From positions 3,808,001-3,872,000 of the forward strand of contig CBDFJF010000002.1 in the NCBI GenBank assembly GCA_965248265.1: a stretch of DNA of 64,000 bases. The letters are read 5' to 3'. This document shows positions 1-10,190 of this stretch, piece after piece. The notes under the pieces are model-generated. The model saw only the letters and a program-made list of their open reading frames with translations, did not search any database and was not told the origin of the DNA. Numbering within the stretch: position 1 is the first letter of the stretch; every line of letters begins with the position of its first letter. Origin of the DNA: Candidatus Latescibacterota bacterium (GTDB lineage Bacteria; Latescibacterota; UBA2968; UBA8231). The position numbers and the translations under genes are program-made.

Positions 1-3000
1 AGCGTCTCCGACGCCGACAACAGACTTATCCTGACAGCCGATGTGGTGGGTTCGAAGGGCTTCGACATCAAGGATGCCAGCAGCACCGATGTGCTGGAGT
101 CTCTGGGGTTCACCTCCAGCGAAACAGCGGTAAAGACGGTCTTTGCCAATGGGGCCCGGAGCGACCAGTTCCTGGAGGACACGACGGCAATCGGAACCCT
201 TCTCAGTTTGAGCTCACCGGCCGCAGGAACCATAACCGTGGGCGATCAGACAGTCGATGTCGATCTGGCCACGGATTCGATCAACGACATCCGCGACAAA
301 ATCACAGCGGCGGCGCCGACCGGTGTAACGGCAACGGTATCCTCGTCGAGTGAGGGCGGCTTGACTCGCTTTCAGCTTGAAATCGACGGTACCACGACCC
401 TGGTTGACAACAGCGGCGTGCTGGAGACCCTTGGGGTCCTCAACAGCGGTGGTGGCATCGTCGATGAAATTATCGACGGAGCTGACAGCGATGTCTTCAG
501 CAGCACGACGACGAACGTCGGAGCTCTGATGGGAATCGGAACGGCTCCCAGCGGCACGGTCCAGATCGCAGGGCAGGGAGTCAGCATCGATCTGAGTAGC
601 GACTCACTCACCGCCATACAGACCAAGATCAATGATGCCGCAATCAGCGGGGTGACGGCCACGGTCACGAGTTCCAGTAGTGAAGAGGGGGGCAGCGAAT
701 TTCGCCTGCGTATCGAGGGTACGACTGACTTCGTCGATGACGCCAATGTGCTAGAAAGCCTCGGCGTGATCGTCGGTTCGAACAGCGCTTTCGAGAGCGT
801 TGCCCGCGTCTTGACGTCGGGAAATGGCAACCAGGAAAAGGGGGCCGTCCTCAACCCTGCCGGAAATGGCGCCGAGAGTTCTCAGCTGACCAGCGACACG
901 GATGCGGCAGGGACCCTGGTCGGATCAAGTGCCGCCGGGACCGTCAATGTGGGAGATGCTCAAGTCGCGATCGATCTGACTACGGACTCTCTGAATGCTA
1001 TCCGAGATAAAATCAACGCCGCCGGCCCTACGGGTGTCACGGCGGTCGTCAACGTCGTCGGGCCTTCGGATTTCGTGCTGGAGATTCAAGGCACGACCGA
1101 TTTTGATGACCCGGACGGTGTGTTGGCAGCCATCGGCGTTGTCGGTGCCTCCAGTGCGCTCACGGCCAACACAAAGTTTGAAGATATTGCCGTCGCCAGC
1201 GTCGCTGATGGCGATACCATCACGATTTCGGGGACCGACCACGACGGCTCTCAGGTGTCGGGGACGTTCACGATCAACAGCGGCAGCCAGAGCGTCAATA
1301 ACCTGCTGTCGAATATCGAGCAGCTGTTCGGGAATGCAGCGAGCGCTTCCTTCGACGCCTCGGGCCGAATCGTGCTGGCGGATGATCAGGCGGGAGAAAG
1401 CGCTCTGTCGCTGACATTGGCCGCAAACAACGAGGGTGGAGGCAGTCTTTCTTTTGGGGCGATCTCGGCGACCGTTGAAGGGGCCGATGCACGCTCCTCA
1501 CAGCTGCAAGCGGGCGAGGACGCCACGTTCAAGGTCAACGGAATCGACCTGACGCGGGCATCGAATACGGTTGATGATGCGATTCAGGGCGTGACCCTGA
1601 GTCTGCTCGAAGCCGAAGTTGGTAAACTGGTGGACGTCACTGTAACCAAGGACGATACCTCCCAGGTGCGCTCGAACATCGAGGGCTTTGTGGCGGATTT
1701 CAACAATGCCATGGAGGTGATCGATGTGCAGATCGCTGTTGATCCGGACACGGGACAATCGGGTCCCCTGGCAGGGGATCCCACCATTCTGGGCGTGCAG
1801 TCCAGGTTACGCAATGTAATCGCGGGACAGATCGAGGGGTTGCAGGGCGGCCTGGATGCTCTTGTCCTCGCCGGCATCTCATTCGATCGCACCGGTCGAC
1901 TCCAGATTGACGAAGATCGCTTGACGAGTGCCTTGACCGACAACCTGGACCAGGTGCGGCAACTGTTTACTGCCCAGGGTAGTACGTCCGATGCAGGAGT
2001 TGCCTTCGTTGGCAGTACCAAGAACACGAGGGCTGGCTCCTACGATGTCGACATTACCCAGGCGGCCGTGAAAGCAGAAGTGCTGGGGACGACCGATCTG
2101 CTTGCCGGCCTTGCACAGGATCAGACGCTGACCATATCACAGTCCAACACCGAAAAATCAACAGAGATCGAACTCGAGGCCGGCGACACGATCGACGATA
2201 TCGTGGCCAAGATCAATGCCTCCGTGGACAGTGACGTAGCTGAAGTCAGGCGAGCCAGCATCGGCAACACCACGGACGGTACGGCCGCCATCACGGATAC
2301 CACACTGATCGGCCAGATATTCGGTTCCGGAGTCGTGGACGGGGACACCATACGCATACAGGGGACGACGCATAACGGGGATGCGGTGACCAGTACGTTC
2401 ACGATAGAGGACGTGAACACGAAGACGATGGGAGACCTGCTCGCTTCTGTTCGCAACACCTTCCAGGGAGACGTCAGTACGTCCGTCGATTCTGAAGGAC
2501 GCATCGTCGTCACCGACAACCAGATCGGCGCCAGCAGTTTGACGGTCACCCTGGTGGAGCAGAACGAAGGGGGAGGCAGCCTCAACTTTGGCAGCATAGA
2601 TGTCGCTGAAGAAGGAAGGTTGCCGATCGAGGTCGAGGCGTCGAATCAGGATGGTAAGCTCAAGATCCAACATACCAGTTTTGGCTCACGCGGTGGGTTT
2701 TCGATCGCCCAGAGCCTTGATCAGTTGGGCATCGCTGACGCCGAAGTCTCCGGCCAGGACGTGGAGGGGACCATCAACGGAGAGGCGGCACAAGGCGTCG
2801 GCCGCATTCTCACCGGCAGCGACGGCGACGACAACGAGAACACGACCGGTCTGGGACTGCGTGTGAATATCACTCCTGACGAGTTGACGGCGTCAGGAAG
2901 CCAGCACGGAACGGTCGGGCTCATCTATGGGGTGGGGCGTCAATTGGAAGATACCCTCTCCTTCATCACGGACAGCTTCGATGGCACCCTCACAAACCGA

Positions 3001-3186
3001 GAGCAGTCCATCGACGATACGCTCGAGAGTCTGGAGGATCAGATCAGCACACTCGAGCGCCGAGTGGCTCAATCGCGGCAGAATCTCGTGCGCAAATTCG
3101 CCTCCCTTGAAGGAAGCCTGGCCACCTTGCAGGCAGAGGGCAATTTTCTCACTCAACAGCTCGCTGGTCTGGCACCGAGGAGATAG
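1..3186 (+). CDS. fliD: Flagellar filament cap protein FliD, unusually long with internal repeats (5'-partial)
   Basis: The frame is open from base 1 (SVSDADNRLILTADVVGSKGF). FliD_C motifs are present (AGEDATFKVNGIDLTRASNTVDDAIQGVTLSL; FVADFN; GISFDRTGRLQIDEDRL; C-terminal RKFASLEGSLATLQ). It lies directly before fliS. Confidence 0.93.
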   Translation, partial: SVSDADNRLILTADVVGSKGFDIKDASSTDVLESLGFTSSETAVKTVFANGARSDQFLEDTTAIGTLLSLSSPAAGTITVGDQTVDVDLATDSINDIRDKITAAAPTGVTATVSSSSEGGLTRFQLEIDGTTTLVDNSGVLETLGVLNSGGGIVDEIIDGADSDVFSSTTTNVGALMGIGTAPSGTVQIAGQGVSIDLSSDSLTAIQTKINDAAISGVTATVTSSSSEEGGSEFRLRIEGTTDFVDDANVLESLGVIVGSNSAFESVARVLTSGNGNQEKGAVLNPAGNGAESSQLTSDTDAAGTLVGSSAAGTVNVGDAQVAIDLTTDSLNAIRDKINAAGPTGVTAVVNVVGPSDFVLEIQGTTDFDDPDGVLAAIGVVGASSALTANTKFEDIAVASVADGDTITISGTDHDGSQVSGTFTINSGSQSVNNLLSNIEQLFGNAASASFDASGRIVLADDQAGESALSLTLAANNEGGGSLSFGAISATVEGADARSSQLQAGEDATFKVNGIDLTRASNTVDDAIQGVTLSLLEAEVGKLVDVTVTKDDTSQVRSNIEGFVADFNNAMEVIDVQIAVDPDTGQSGPLAGDPTILGVQSRLRNVIAGQIEGLQGGLDALVLAGISFDRTGRLQIDEDRLTSALTDNLDQVRQLFTAQGSTSDAGVAFVGSTKNTRAGSYDVDITQAAVKAEVLGTTDLLAGLAQDQTLTISQSNTEKSTEIELEAGDTIDDIVAKINASVDSDVAEVRRASIGNTTDGTAAITDTTLIGQIFGSGVVDGDTIRIQGTTHNGDAVTSTFTIEDVNTKTMGDLLASVRNTFQGDVSTSVDSEGRIVVTDNQIGASSLTVTLVEQNEGGGSLNFGSIDVAEEGRLPIEVEASNQDGKLKIQHTSFGSRGGFSIAQSLDQLGIADAEVSGQDVEGTINGEAAQGVGRILTGSDGDDNENTTGLGLRVNITPDELTASGSQHGTVGLIYGVGRQLEDTLSFITDSFDGTLTNREQSIDDTLESLEDQISTLERRVAQSRQNLVRKFASLEGSLATLQAEGNFLTQQLAGLAPRR

Positions 3187-3627
3187 ATGAATCAGGGCAA
3201 CAAGCAGTACCGGCAGGTCCAGATAAAGACGGCCAACAAGGGGAACCTCATCCTGTTGCTGTACCGGGGCGCGATCAAATTCATGAACAAGGCGATCGTC
3301 CAGTTGGAGAGCAAGGATCTGGAGGGCAAAGGCACCAGCCTGATGCGAGCCCAGGATATCGTGTTGGAGCTCATGTACTCTCTGGATGACAAGATGCTGG
3401 GGGAGGGCAATCCGTTGGCCGTAAATCTCCAGAGTTTATACCTATACGCTTATCGTCGTCTGGTGCATGCCAACGTTCATATGGATCCCAAGCCGATCGA
3501 GGAAGTCATCACACTACTGCAGAACCTTCTGGATGCATGGGAGAAGGTCGTGGCTAACGAGGGGAGCGGTGCAGATGACGACCATCCCGGGGGCGGCGGA
3601 AAAAGCACGCTGGTGTTGACCGGATGA
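3187..3627 (+). CDS. fliS: Flagellar export chaperone FliS
   Basis: YRQVQIKTA..LILLLYRGAIKF, RAQDIVLELMYSLD, NLQSLYLY, LLDAWEKV; downstream of fliD. Confidence 0.95.
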   Translation: MNQGNKQYRQVQIKTANKGNLILLLYRGAIKFMNKAIVQLESKDLEGKGTSLMRAQDIVLELMYSLDDKMLGEGNPLAVNLQSLYLYAYRRLVHANVHMDPKPIEEVITLLQNLLDAWEKVVANEGSGADDDHPGGGGKSTLVLTG

Positions 3628-4055
3628 CGGATAATACCAATCACAGCGAAGTCGTTGCCATTCTGGATGCTCAGTACGATGACTATCGGGCTATGCTCGA
3701 TATTGGATCTCATCAGCGCAATTGCCTTTCCCGCAATGATTTACCCGGATTAGATGATAGCTTCAGGAAGATGCACAGGTGCATGGACCGGATTCGGCTG
3801 CGCAACTCGCGTCTTCCTCAGCACTGGCAGGAGACCGCTGATCCCGTGATTGCAGAGAGGCGTTCACATCTGCGTCAAATCATTGGTGAACTTGACAGGA
3901 TTCGACAGCTCAATGAGCAATCAGTTAGGGATTTGCTGCAGGAAACGAGGATGGACTTGAAACGCAGTCAACGTGGCCAAAAAGCGGTCAAGAACTATCT
4001 AACACACAAAGGTGTGCCTCCTCAGGAGGCGCGATTCTACGATGGCCGTAGATGA
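3624..4055 (+). CDS. FliT/FlgN-like helical flagellar chaperone
   Basis: ATGA overlap with fliS. 143-aa helical protein ending KAVKNY...ARFYDGRR, like FlgN/FliT-family C-termini. Confidence 0.6.
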   Translation: MTDNTNHSEVVAILDAQYDDYRAMLDIGSHQRNCLSRNDLPGLDDSFRKMHRCMDRIRLRNSRLPQHWQETADPVIAERRSHLRQIIGELDRIRQLNEQSVRDLLQETRMDLKRSQRGQKAVKNYLTHKGVPPQEARFYDGRR

Positions 4056-4080
4056 GATTCTACGATAGTGCCGTAGATGA
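4033..4080. repeat. Tandem duplicated palindromic unit at gene end
   Basis: gattctacgatggccgtagatga (4033-4055) is followed by gattctacgatagtgccgtagatga (4056-4080). Each contains the inverted repeat TCTACG...CGTAGA. Confidence 0.85.
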
Positions 4081-4174
4081 CAGAATGAGCCCGCGATGGC
4101 GACGAACCGGGGCTTTGTCAGATAGGCCGGTTTTTGGTATATTTGCCCCACAAATATCGACCAAAACTAATAGT

Positions 4175-4201
4175 TAAAGATTAGCTGTAGTCGGCCGATA
4201 T
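4175..4201 (+). promoter_or_regulatory. Sigma28 (FliA) promoter for flgM
   Basis: TAAA-N15-GCCGATAT, a near-perfect match to the consensus TAAA-N15-GCCGATAA. Confidence 0.88.
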
Positions 4202-4293
4202 ATTAGATAGAGGCGGGTGACCGAGCGATTCGGTCATGCGGGCGTCTCTTCAGAGCAAAGGCGAGTATCACAGGTGGAAATGAGGTGGTTCCA

Positions 4294-4752
4294 ATGCGGA
4301 TAGACGGGTTACCCAACCAACCCAAAGTCACGCAGACCAATCAGCGCGGCGACGCGGCTCGAGCCAAGAAGGCTGGAGCTGGTCGAGGCAGTGATTCAGT
4401 CGAAATTTCCCAGAGCGCGCAGGATGTGTCCGACCTAACCGAGGCCGCCAAGACGGTTCCTGATGGATTGAATCCTCGCATTGGGGAGATCAAGGCAAAA
4501 GTTCAATCTGGGCACTACAACCAACGCCAGGTTATTGAGGAAGTCGCAGGCTCCGTGATGGAGTCCAGCGGCATGCGTCAGGTTGTTGGGGAAATCGCCG
4601 AAGTGAGGTCAGCTCAACGGAGTCTGGCGGACGTGCCTGATACCAGAGCAGATGTTGTCAGGGACGCGCAGCAGAAGGTGGCCTCCAAGTTTTACGATGA
4701 GCCTGAGGTCCGACAGGGCACTGCCCAGAATTTTCTGGATGAGATGATGTAA
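4294..4752 (+). CDS. flgM: Anti-sigma28 factor FlgM with tandem C-terminal domains
   Basis: MRID start with GAGGTG SD, a DSVEIS motif, two VPD...KV.S..Y repeats and an upstream sigma28 promoter. Confidence 0.8.
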   Translation: MRIDGLPNQPKVTQTNQRGDAARAKKAGAGRGSDSVEISQSAQDVSDLTEAAKTVPDGLNPRIGEIKAKVQSGHYNQRQVIEEVAGSVMESSGMRQVVGEIAEVRSAQRSLADVPDTRADVVRDAQQKVASKFYDEPEVRQGTAQNFLDEMM

Positions 4753-4786
4753 GATTGTCAACGATTACACCGCCGCAAGAGACGTT

Positions 4787-4813
4787 CGGGGCCCTCATGG
4801 GTCCCGTTTTTTT
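4787..4813 (+). terminator. Rho-independent terminator after flgM
   Basis: cggggccc-tcat-gggtcccg followed by a run of seven T. Confidence 0.8.
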
Positions 4814-4975
4814 GTGCCTCCATCTCGTCCTGTGTCAGCGGTCCTTGGCTTGACATCGACCGAAGCCGGATTAAGTTCATAAGTCTTGGTGGCGCCTTTA
4901 ATCCATATAATACGCTGCCTTCAAACAGGCACCCTCCAGATCCTCTTCCTCCCTCCCCGCTGGCAGACTTGAATC

Positions 4976-6004
4976 GTGTTGAGTGAAGCCCTGAGCAACC
5001 GAGAGCGAGTGGTACTCGAAAGCCTCGTGCACGCCTACGTCGATAATGGCACGCCGGTAGGCTCGTCAACGCTGTCTAAGCGCGAGGGTTTCCAATTCAG
5101 TCCCGCGACGGTGCGCAAGGCACTGGCGAGCCTGGAGGAAAAGGGGTACGTGTCCCAGCCTCATACCTCCGCTGGCCGTCAACCGACGGACAAGGGGTAT
5201 CGATACTACGTTGAGCGGACCGTCAGAGACATTGCCACATTGCCCCCGGAGGAGGGCGAGAGTGTACGCCGCAAGCTGGAGCTGTTCCAGCAGCAAGGTC
5301 GAGTAGACGAAATCCACGGGCAGCTGGCCGAGATCGTCGGCGGAGTTTCTCACCAGCTGGGCATCGTGCTGGCGCCCAGGTTCGAAAGCGGAGTGGTGGA
5401 GCACCTCGACCTGGTCAGGCTTACAGAAACCAGGCTGTTGATGGTGGCGACCATTCAACAGGGACCGGTAAAGAGTCTGGTCCTGGAGGTCAGTTCCCGT
5501 GTGTCACGTCGGGAGTTGGAAGCTGTCCGCCAGCTACTGAATGAGCGCTTGGCCGGACTCGATCTCGATCAAATCCAGACAACCGCGCGCGAGCGAGTTC
5601 GGGGATCGCTGTCCGTCGGCAATCCGCAATTGCTGCGGGTCGTCGTCGATGAACTCGAATCCCTGTCCGGCAACAGTGGAGACGCCCTGCACGTCGCCGG
5701 GACGCGCAACATTTTTGTCCAACCCGAGTTCCGCGACTCACTCGAGGTAGCCGGCCTGATGGATCTGGTGGAGAGGAAGGATCCCCTGGCCGACCTGCTG
5801 TCGGGACGAGAGGGCGTTGTGGTTACGATCGGGGAGGAGAACCAGGTCAGTGAGATGCACTGCTGCAGCATGGTAACGGCAAGCTACGAAGCGAACGGAG
5901 CGACCGGCATAATAGGGGTGATTGGTCCGACGCGGATGCCGTACGAACGCCTCCTGGCGCTCGTCGATTATACGGCGTCTCGAGCAGCCGAGTTGGTCAG
6001 CTAG
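4976..6004 (+). CDS. hrcA: Heat-inducible transcription repressor HrcA
   Basis: PVGS, SPATVR, QPHTSAGRQPTDKGYRYYV, GVIGPTRMPY; precedes grpE-dnaK. Confidence 0.97.
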   Translation: MLSEALSNRERVVLESLVHAYVDNGTPVGSSTLSKREGFQFSPATVRKALASLEEKGYVSQPHTSAGRQPTDKGYRYYVERTVRDIATLPPEEGESVRRKLELFQQQGRVDEIHGQLAEIVGGVSHQLGIVLAPRFESGVVEHLDLVRLTETRLLMVATIQQGPVKSLVLEVSSRVSRRELEAVRQLLNERLAGLDLDQIQTTARERVRGSLSVGNPQLLRVVVDELESLSGNSGDALHVAGTRNIFVQPEFRDSLEVAGLMDLVERKDPLADLLSGREGVVVTIGEENQVSEMHCCSMVTASYEANGATGIIGVIGPTRMPYERLLALVDYTASRAAELVS

Positions 6005-6077
6005 TCACCAGGCAAGTCACCATGCACGGTCTGCCTGACCGCGACATCACAGAGAATCCCAACATCCGAGTTTTGAA

Positions 6078-6767
6078 ATGAGCAACGAAGCTGAAGAAGA
6101 GACCGATCCGTCCGTTACGGCCAATCCGGAAGAGGGAGAGGTTGCCGCCTCGGATCAAGAGTCCGCGGACGAGAGGGGTATATCCGGGGACGAGACCGGA
6201 GAAGAGGAAGGAACACCAGAAGAGCTCACTCCTGAAGACGAGTTGGCTCAGGCAAAGGGCGAAGCATCTGCCAACTACGAGCGCTATCTGCGTGCGGCTG
6301 CTGAGTTGGAGAATTTTCGCAAGCGCACTGTCAAGATGCGTGCAGATACCCGCGACGAGACACTCAGGGATGTGCTGGCACAGATTGCCCCGCTGCTGGA
6401 CAACATGCGGCGGGCACTCGGCCAGGATGTGGCTGATGGTGAGGCATTCAAGCAGGGGATCGAGCTGATCTTTACCCAATTTCAGGATATTCTGAAGGGG
6501 TACGGCCTTGAGGAAATCGAGGCTGTGGGGCAACCGTTCGATCCGAATGTGCATGAGGCCATGCTGGAAGTCGAAAGCCAGGATCAGCCTGCGGGGGTAG
6601 TGATCGAGGAGATGGAGAAGGGCTACAAATTGCGCGAGCGAGTCATGCGCCCTGCGCGTGTCGTCGTCAGCAAGGGGGCCGCGGCAGGCGATGGAGCGAC
6701 TGACGAAGTGGACGACGGCGGTGCCGGCGCAGCGACCGAAAACAACGACGAAACAGAAGCTGAATAG
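6078..6767 (+). CDS. grpE: Nucleotide exchange factor GrpE
   Basis: [37 protein letters not shown]. Confidence 0.97.
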   Translation: MSNEAEEETDPSVTANPEEGEVAASDQESADERGISGDETGEEEGTPEELTPEDELAQAKGEASANYERYLRAAAELENFRKRTVKMRADTRDETLRDVLAQIAPLLDNMRRALGQDVADGEAFKQGIELIFTQFQDILKGYGLEEIEAVGQPFDPNVHEAMLEVESQDQPAGVVIEEMEKGYKLRERVMRPARVVVSKGAAAGDGATDEVDDGGAGAATENNDETEAE

Positions 6768-6796
6768 AGACCGGAAAGGTTGGAGGCGACAATAGC

Positions 6797-8782
6797 ATGG
6801 CAAAGGTAATCGGCATAGATCTTGGCACGACGAATTCGTGTGTGGCGGTGATGGAGGGCAAGGAGCCAGAGGTGATCACAAATTCGGAAGGCGGCCGCAC
6901 GACCCCCTCGATCGTGGGTTTTTCCAAGGATGACGAGCGTCTGGTGGGCCAGACGGCCAAGCGCCAGGCGGTGACGAATCCTCACAACACGGTATTCTCG
7001 ATCAAGCGCTTCATGGGTCGGCGTCACGATGAGGTGGGGCAGGAGTTGACGGAGGTCCCCTACGCGGTCTCCAAAGGGTCTCGGGACCAGGCCGTGGTCG
7101 AGATTGACGGCAAGGAATACACCCCGCCAGAGCTTTCTGCGATGATTCTGCAGAAGATGAAGCAGACGGCCGAGGACTATTTGGGAGAGCCGGTGACGCA
7201 GGCGGTGGTGACGGTGCCGGCCTACTTCAACGACTCCCAGCGTCAGGCGACGAAGGACGCGGGCACGATCGCGGGTCTGGAGGTGTTGCGGATCGTCAAC
7301 GAGCCGACGGCCGCCGCCCTGGCCTACGGCTTGGACAAGGGTGCGGGTCACTCTGAAAAGATCGCGGTGTATGATCTGGGTGGCGGCACCTTCGACGTGT
7401 CGATCCTTGAATTGGGCGACGGCGTTTTCGAGGTCAAGTCGACGAATGGGGACACCCACCTTGGCGGCGACGACTTCGACCAGCGGGTCATCGACTGGAT
7501 CGCGGATGAATTCAAGGGATCCGAGGGCATCGATCTGCGCAGTGACGCGATGGCCCTGCAGCGGTTGAAGGAAGCGGCCGAAAAAGCCAAGTGCGAGTTG
7601 TCGTCGGCCTCCCAGACGGAGATCAACCTGCCCTTTATCACGGCGGACCAGACGGGTCCCAAGCATGTGCAGATGAGCCTGACGCGGGCCAAGTTTGAGC
7701 AACTGGTGGACGATCTGGTGGAGCGCTCGCGGCGTCCCTGCCAGCAGGCCATCAAGGACGCGGGGCTGTCGGCCTCCGAGATCGGTGAGGTGATCCTGGT
7801 GGGGGGCTCTACCCGCATGCCCAAGGTGCAGGCGCTGGTGAAGGAGCTGTTTGAGAGGGAGCCGCACAAGGGGGTGAATCCGGACGAGGTGGTGGCCATG
7901 GGGGCGGCGATCCAGGCGGGGGTGCTCTCGGGTGAGGTCGACGATGTGCTGCTATTGGATGTAACGCCGCTGTCGTTGGGCATCGAGACCATGGGCGGGG
8001 TGATGACGAAGCTGATCGAGCGCAACACCACGATTCCAACTAAAAAGAGCCAGATCTTTTCGACGGCCGCCGACTCCCAGCCCTCGGTGGAGGTGCATGT
8101 GCTGCAGGGGGAGCGCGAGTTTGCCCGGGACAACCGCTCGTTGGGTCGGTTTCACCTGGACGGCATTCCGGCGGCGCCTCGGGGCACGCCCCAGATCGAG
8201 GTGACCTTCGACATCGACGCCAACGGCATCTTGAACGTGTCGGCGCAGGACAAGGGCACGGACAAGGAGCAGTCGATCCGCATTGAGTCTTCTTCGGGTC
8301 TGAGCAGTGAGGAAGTGGATCAGATGCAGAAGGACGCCGAGCAGCACGCCGAGGAGGATCAGCGTCGTCGGGCTCGGGTCGACAAGCGCAACGAAGCCGA
8401 TCAGCTGGTGTATCAGACGGAGAAGACCCTCACGGAGCTGGGTGACAAGCTGGAAGAGGGTGACCGCCAGCCGGTGGAGGCCGCCCTGGAGCAGATCAAG
8501 CAGGTATTGGCGGGGGCGTCTGACGGTGAATCAGGCGAAGGGAATTTCGATGAGGCGGCCCTGGACGCCGGCCTGGAGCAGCTCAAGACGGCCTCTCACA
8601 AGCTGGCCGAGATCATGTACCAGCAACAGCCACCAGAGGGGCAGGGGCCTGAGGGGGCGCCCCAAGAGGGGCCTCAGGGAGGGGACGCGACCCAGGCTGA
8701 GGGAGATCGACCAGGAGGCGAGGGTGCCGTCGACGCCGACTTTGAGGTTGTTGATGACTCTGAGGCGGAGGAGAAGAAGTAG
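6797..8782 (+). CDS. dnaK: Molecular chaperone DnaK
   Basis: [37 protein letters not shown]. Confidence 0.99.
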   Translation: MAKVIGIDLGTTNSCVAVMEGKEPEVITNSEGGRTTPSIVGFSKDDERLVGQTAKRQAVTNPHNTVFSIKRFMGRRHDEVGQELTEVPYAVSKGSRDQAVVEIDGKEYTPPELSAMILQKMKQTAEDYLGEPVTQAVVTVPAYFNDSQRQATKDAGTIAGLEVLRIVNEPTAAALAYGLDKGAGHSEKIAVYDLGGGTFDVSILELGDGVFEVKSTNGDTHLGGDDFDQRVIDWIADEFKGSEGIDLRSDAMALQRLKEAAEKAKCELSSASQTEINLPFITADQTGPKHVQMSLTRAKFEQLVDDLVERSRRPCQQAIKDAGLSASEIGEVILVGGSTRMPKVQALVKELFEREPHKGVNPDEVVAMGAAIQAGVLSGEVDDVLLLDVTPLSLGIETMGGVMTKLIERNTTIPTKKSQIFSTAADSQPSVEVHVLQGEREFARDNRSLGRFHLDGIPAAPRGTPQIEVTFDIDANGILNVSAQDKGTDKEQSIRIESSSGLSSEEVDQMQKDAEQHAEEDQRRRARVDKRNEADQLVYQTEKTLTELGDKLEEGDRQPVEAALEQIKQVLAGASDGESGEGNFDEAALDAGLEQLKTASHKLAEIMYQQQPPEGQGPEGAPQEGPQGGDATQAEGDRPGGEGAVDADFEVVDDSEAEEKK

Positions 8783-8845
8783 GTGCGATACGTCCTAATA
8801 GTTGACTGCCATTGATTTGTGAAACTCTATGTGTCAGAGTCATTT

Positions 8846-8872
8846 AGAGTTTTGTCCTTTGGCCAAAACTCT
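8846..8872. repeat. Palindrome, copy 1 (upstream of dnaJ)
   Basis: agagttttgtcc-ttt-ggccaaaactct; near-identical to 10209-10233. Confidence 0.75.
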
Positions 8873-9041
8873 CGATGTTGATTGTATGCAATCAGATTAA
8901 AACATAGAAGCTCAACCAGATTAGAACTCAATAGGCAGGTAGCTGTTTTCGCTTTGCAGGACAGGAACTGCTTTTAAGTGAGAGGCAAGTCTTTGATGGT
9001 TCAATTCATAGAGCTTGCGTGCTTCGAACTAATGGAAATGA

Positions 9042-10190
9042 ATGGCTAAGCGGGATTATTATGAGGTTCTCGGGCTGGGGCGGGACGCGTCTGATGGTGA
9101 CATAAAGAGCGCGTACCGGAAGCTGGCTCTCAAGTATCACCCCGACCGTAATCAGGGGGACGAGGGGGCCGAGGCGAAGTTCAAGGAAGCATCAGAGGCC
9201 TACGAGGTGCTCAGCGACGGCAATCGCAAGGCAGCCTATGACCAGTACGGTCATGCTGGCGTTGAGGGCAACTTTGGTTCAGGTGGCTTCCAGTGGTCTG
9301 ATTTCACGCACGCCACGGATTTCGAAGACATCTTCGGGGACATCTTCGGGTCTTTCTTCGGCGGTGGTGGGCGCCGGCGGCAGCGAGGTCCTAGTGGTCC
9401 TCCGCCCGGCCGGGATCTGAAGATAGCCATCGACCTCACCCTTGAGGAAATCGCCAAAGGGGTCGAGAAGAAGATCAACCTTTCGCGACAAGAAGAATGC
9501 GGCACCTGTGGCGGTAGTGGGGCAGCGGGCAGTTCAACTCCCGCCACCTGTCAGACCTGTCGAGGTGTCGGCCAGGTTCAACAGGTCTCACGTTCCCTTT
9601 TTGGGCAATCCGTGACGGTGACAACCTGCCCCACATGCAGCGGCCAGGGTACGACCATCTCCGATCCTTGCCGTGACTGCAGGGGGGAGGGGACCCAGCG
9701 CACGACGACGACGCTTACGGTTAAGATTCCGGCCGGAGTCAGCAATGGGAACTACATCCCGTTGCGGGGACAGGGCGATACGGGACAGCGCGGTGGGCCG
9801 GCTGGTGACTGTCTGGTGTTTATCCAGGAAAAGGAACACGAGGATTTTACGCGCGATGGCAATGACGTGCTCTACAGGCTGCCCGTGAGCATCACGCAGG
9901 CGGCACTTGGAGCCGACGTGCAGGTGCCGACGCTCCATGGGAACGTGAAGATGAAGGTCCACGAGGGAACGCAGTCGGGCAGCGTGTTCCGCTTGCGCGG
10001 TAAAGGCATTCCCGACGTCGATGGACGCGGTGTTGGTGATCAGCTGGTAGAGGTGGTCGTGTGGACGCCGACTCGTACGACCCCGGACGAACGCAAGCTG
10101 CTGCAAGACCTGGAAAGTATCCAGCGCCAACGGGCCGATTCCGAGGGTAAGAGTTTCTTCGATAAAATGTTGGAAACTTTTGGCGGCTAA
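9042..10190 (+). CDS. dnaJ: Chaperone DnaJ
   Basis: J-domain HPD, G/F region and four CxxCxGxG motifs. Confidence 0.99.
   Translation: MAKRDYYEVLGLGRDASDGDIKSAYRKLALKYHPDRNQGDEGAEAKFKEASEAYEVLSDGNRKAAYDQYGHAGVEGNFGSGGFQWSDFTHATDFEDIFGDIFGSFFGGGGRRRQRGPSGPPPGRDLKIAIDLTLEEIAKGVEKKINLSRQEECGTCGGSGAAGSSTPATCQTCRGVGQVQQVSRSLFGQSVTVTTCPTCSGQGTTISDPCRDCRGEGTQRTTTTLTVKIPAGVSNGNYIPLRGQGDTGQRGGPAGDCLVFIQEKEHEDFTRDGNDVLYRLPVSITQAALGADVQVPTLHGNVKMKVHEGTQSGSVFRLRGKGIPDVDGRGVGDQLVEVVVWTPTRTTPDERKLLQDLESIQRQRADSEGKSFFDKMLETFGG

Noticed and set aside
4850-4911. TTGACA-N16-TAAGTT and a separate TATAAT as the hrcA promoter
   Set aside because: The two candidates are each incomplete and I cannot choose between them.
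5997-8347. Long antisense ORFs over grpE and dnaK (268, 414, 261 aa)
   Set aside because: These are typical shadow ORFs of high-GC conserved genes. The 414-aa one is the familiar dnaK antisense frame.
8819-8845. ACTC-N9-GAGT (gtgaaactc-tatgtgtca-gagtcattt) as a CIRCE element
   Set aside because: Only 5 of 9 positions match in each arm.
8921-8947. TTAGAACTC CIRCE-like half site upstream of dnaJ
   Set aside because: There is no matching right arm at N9 spacing.
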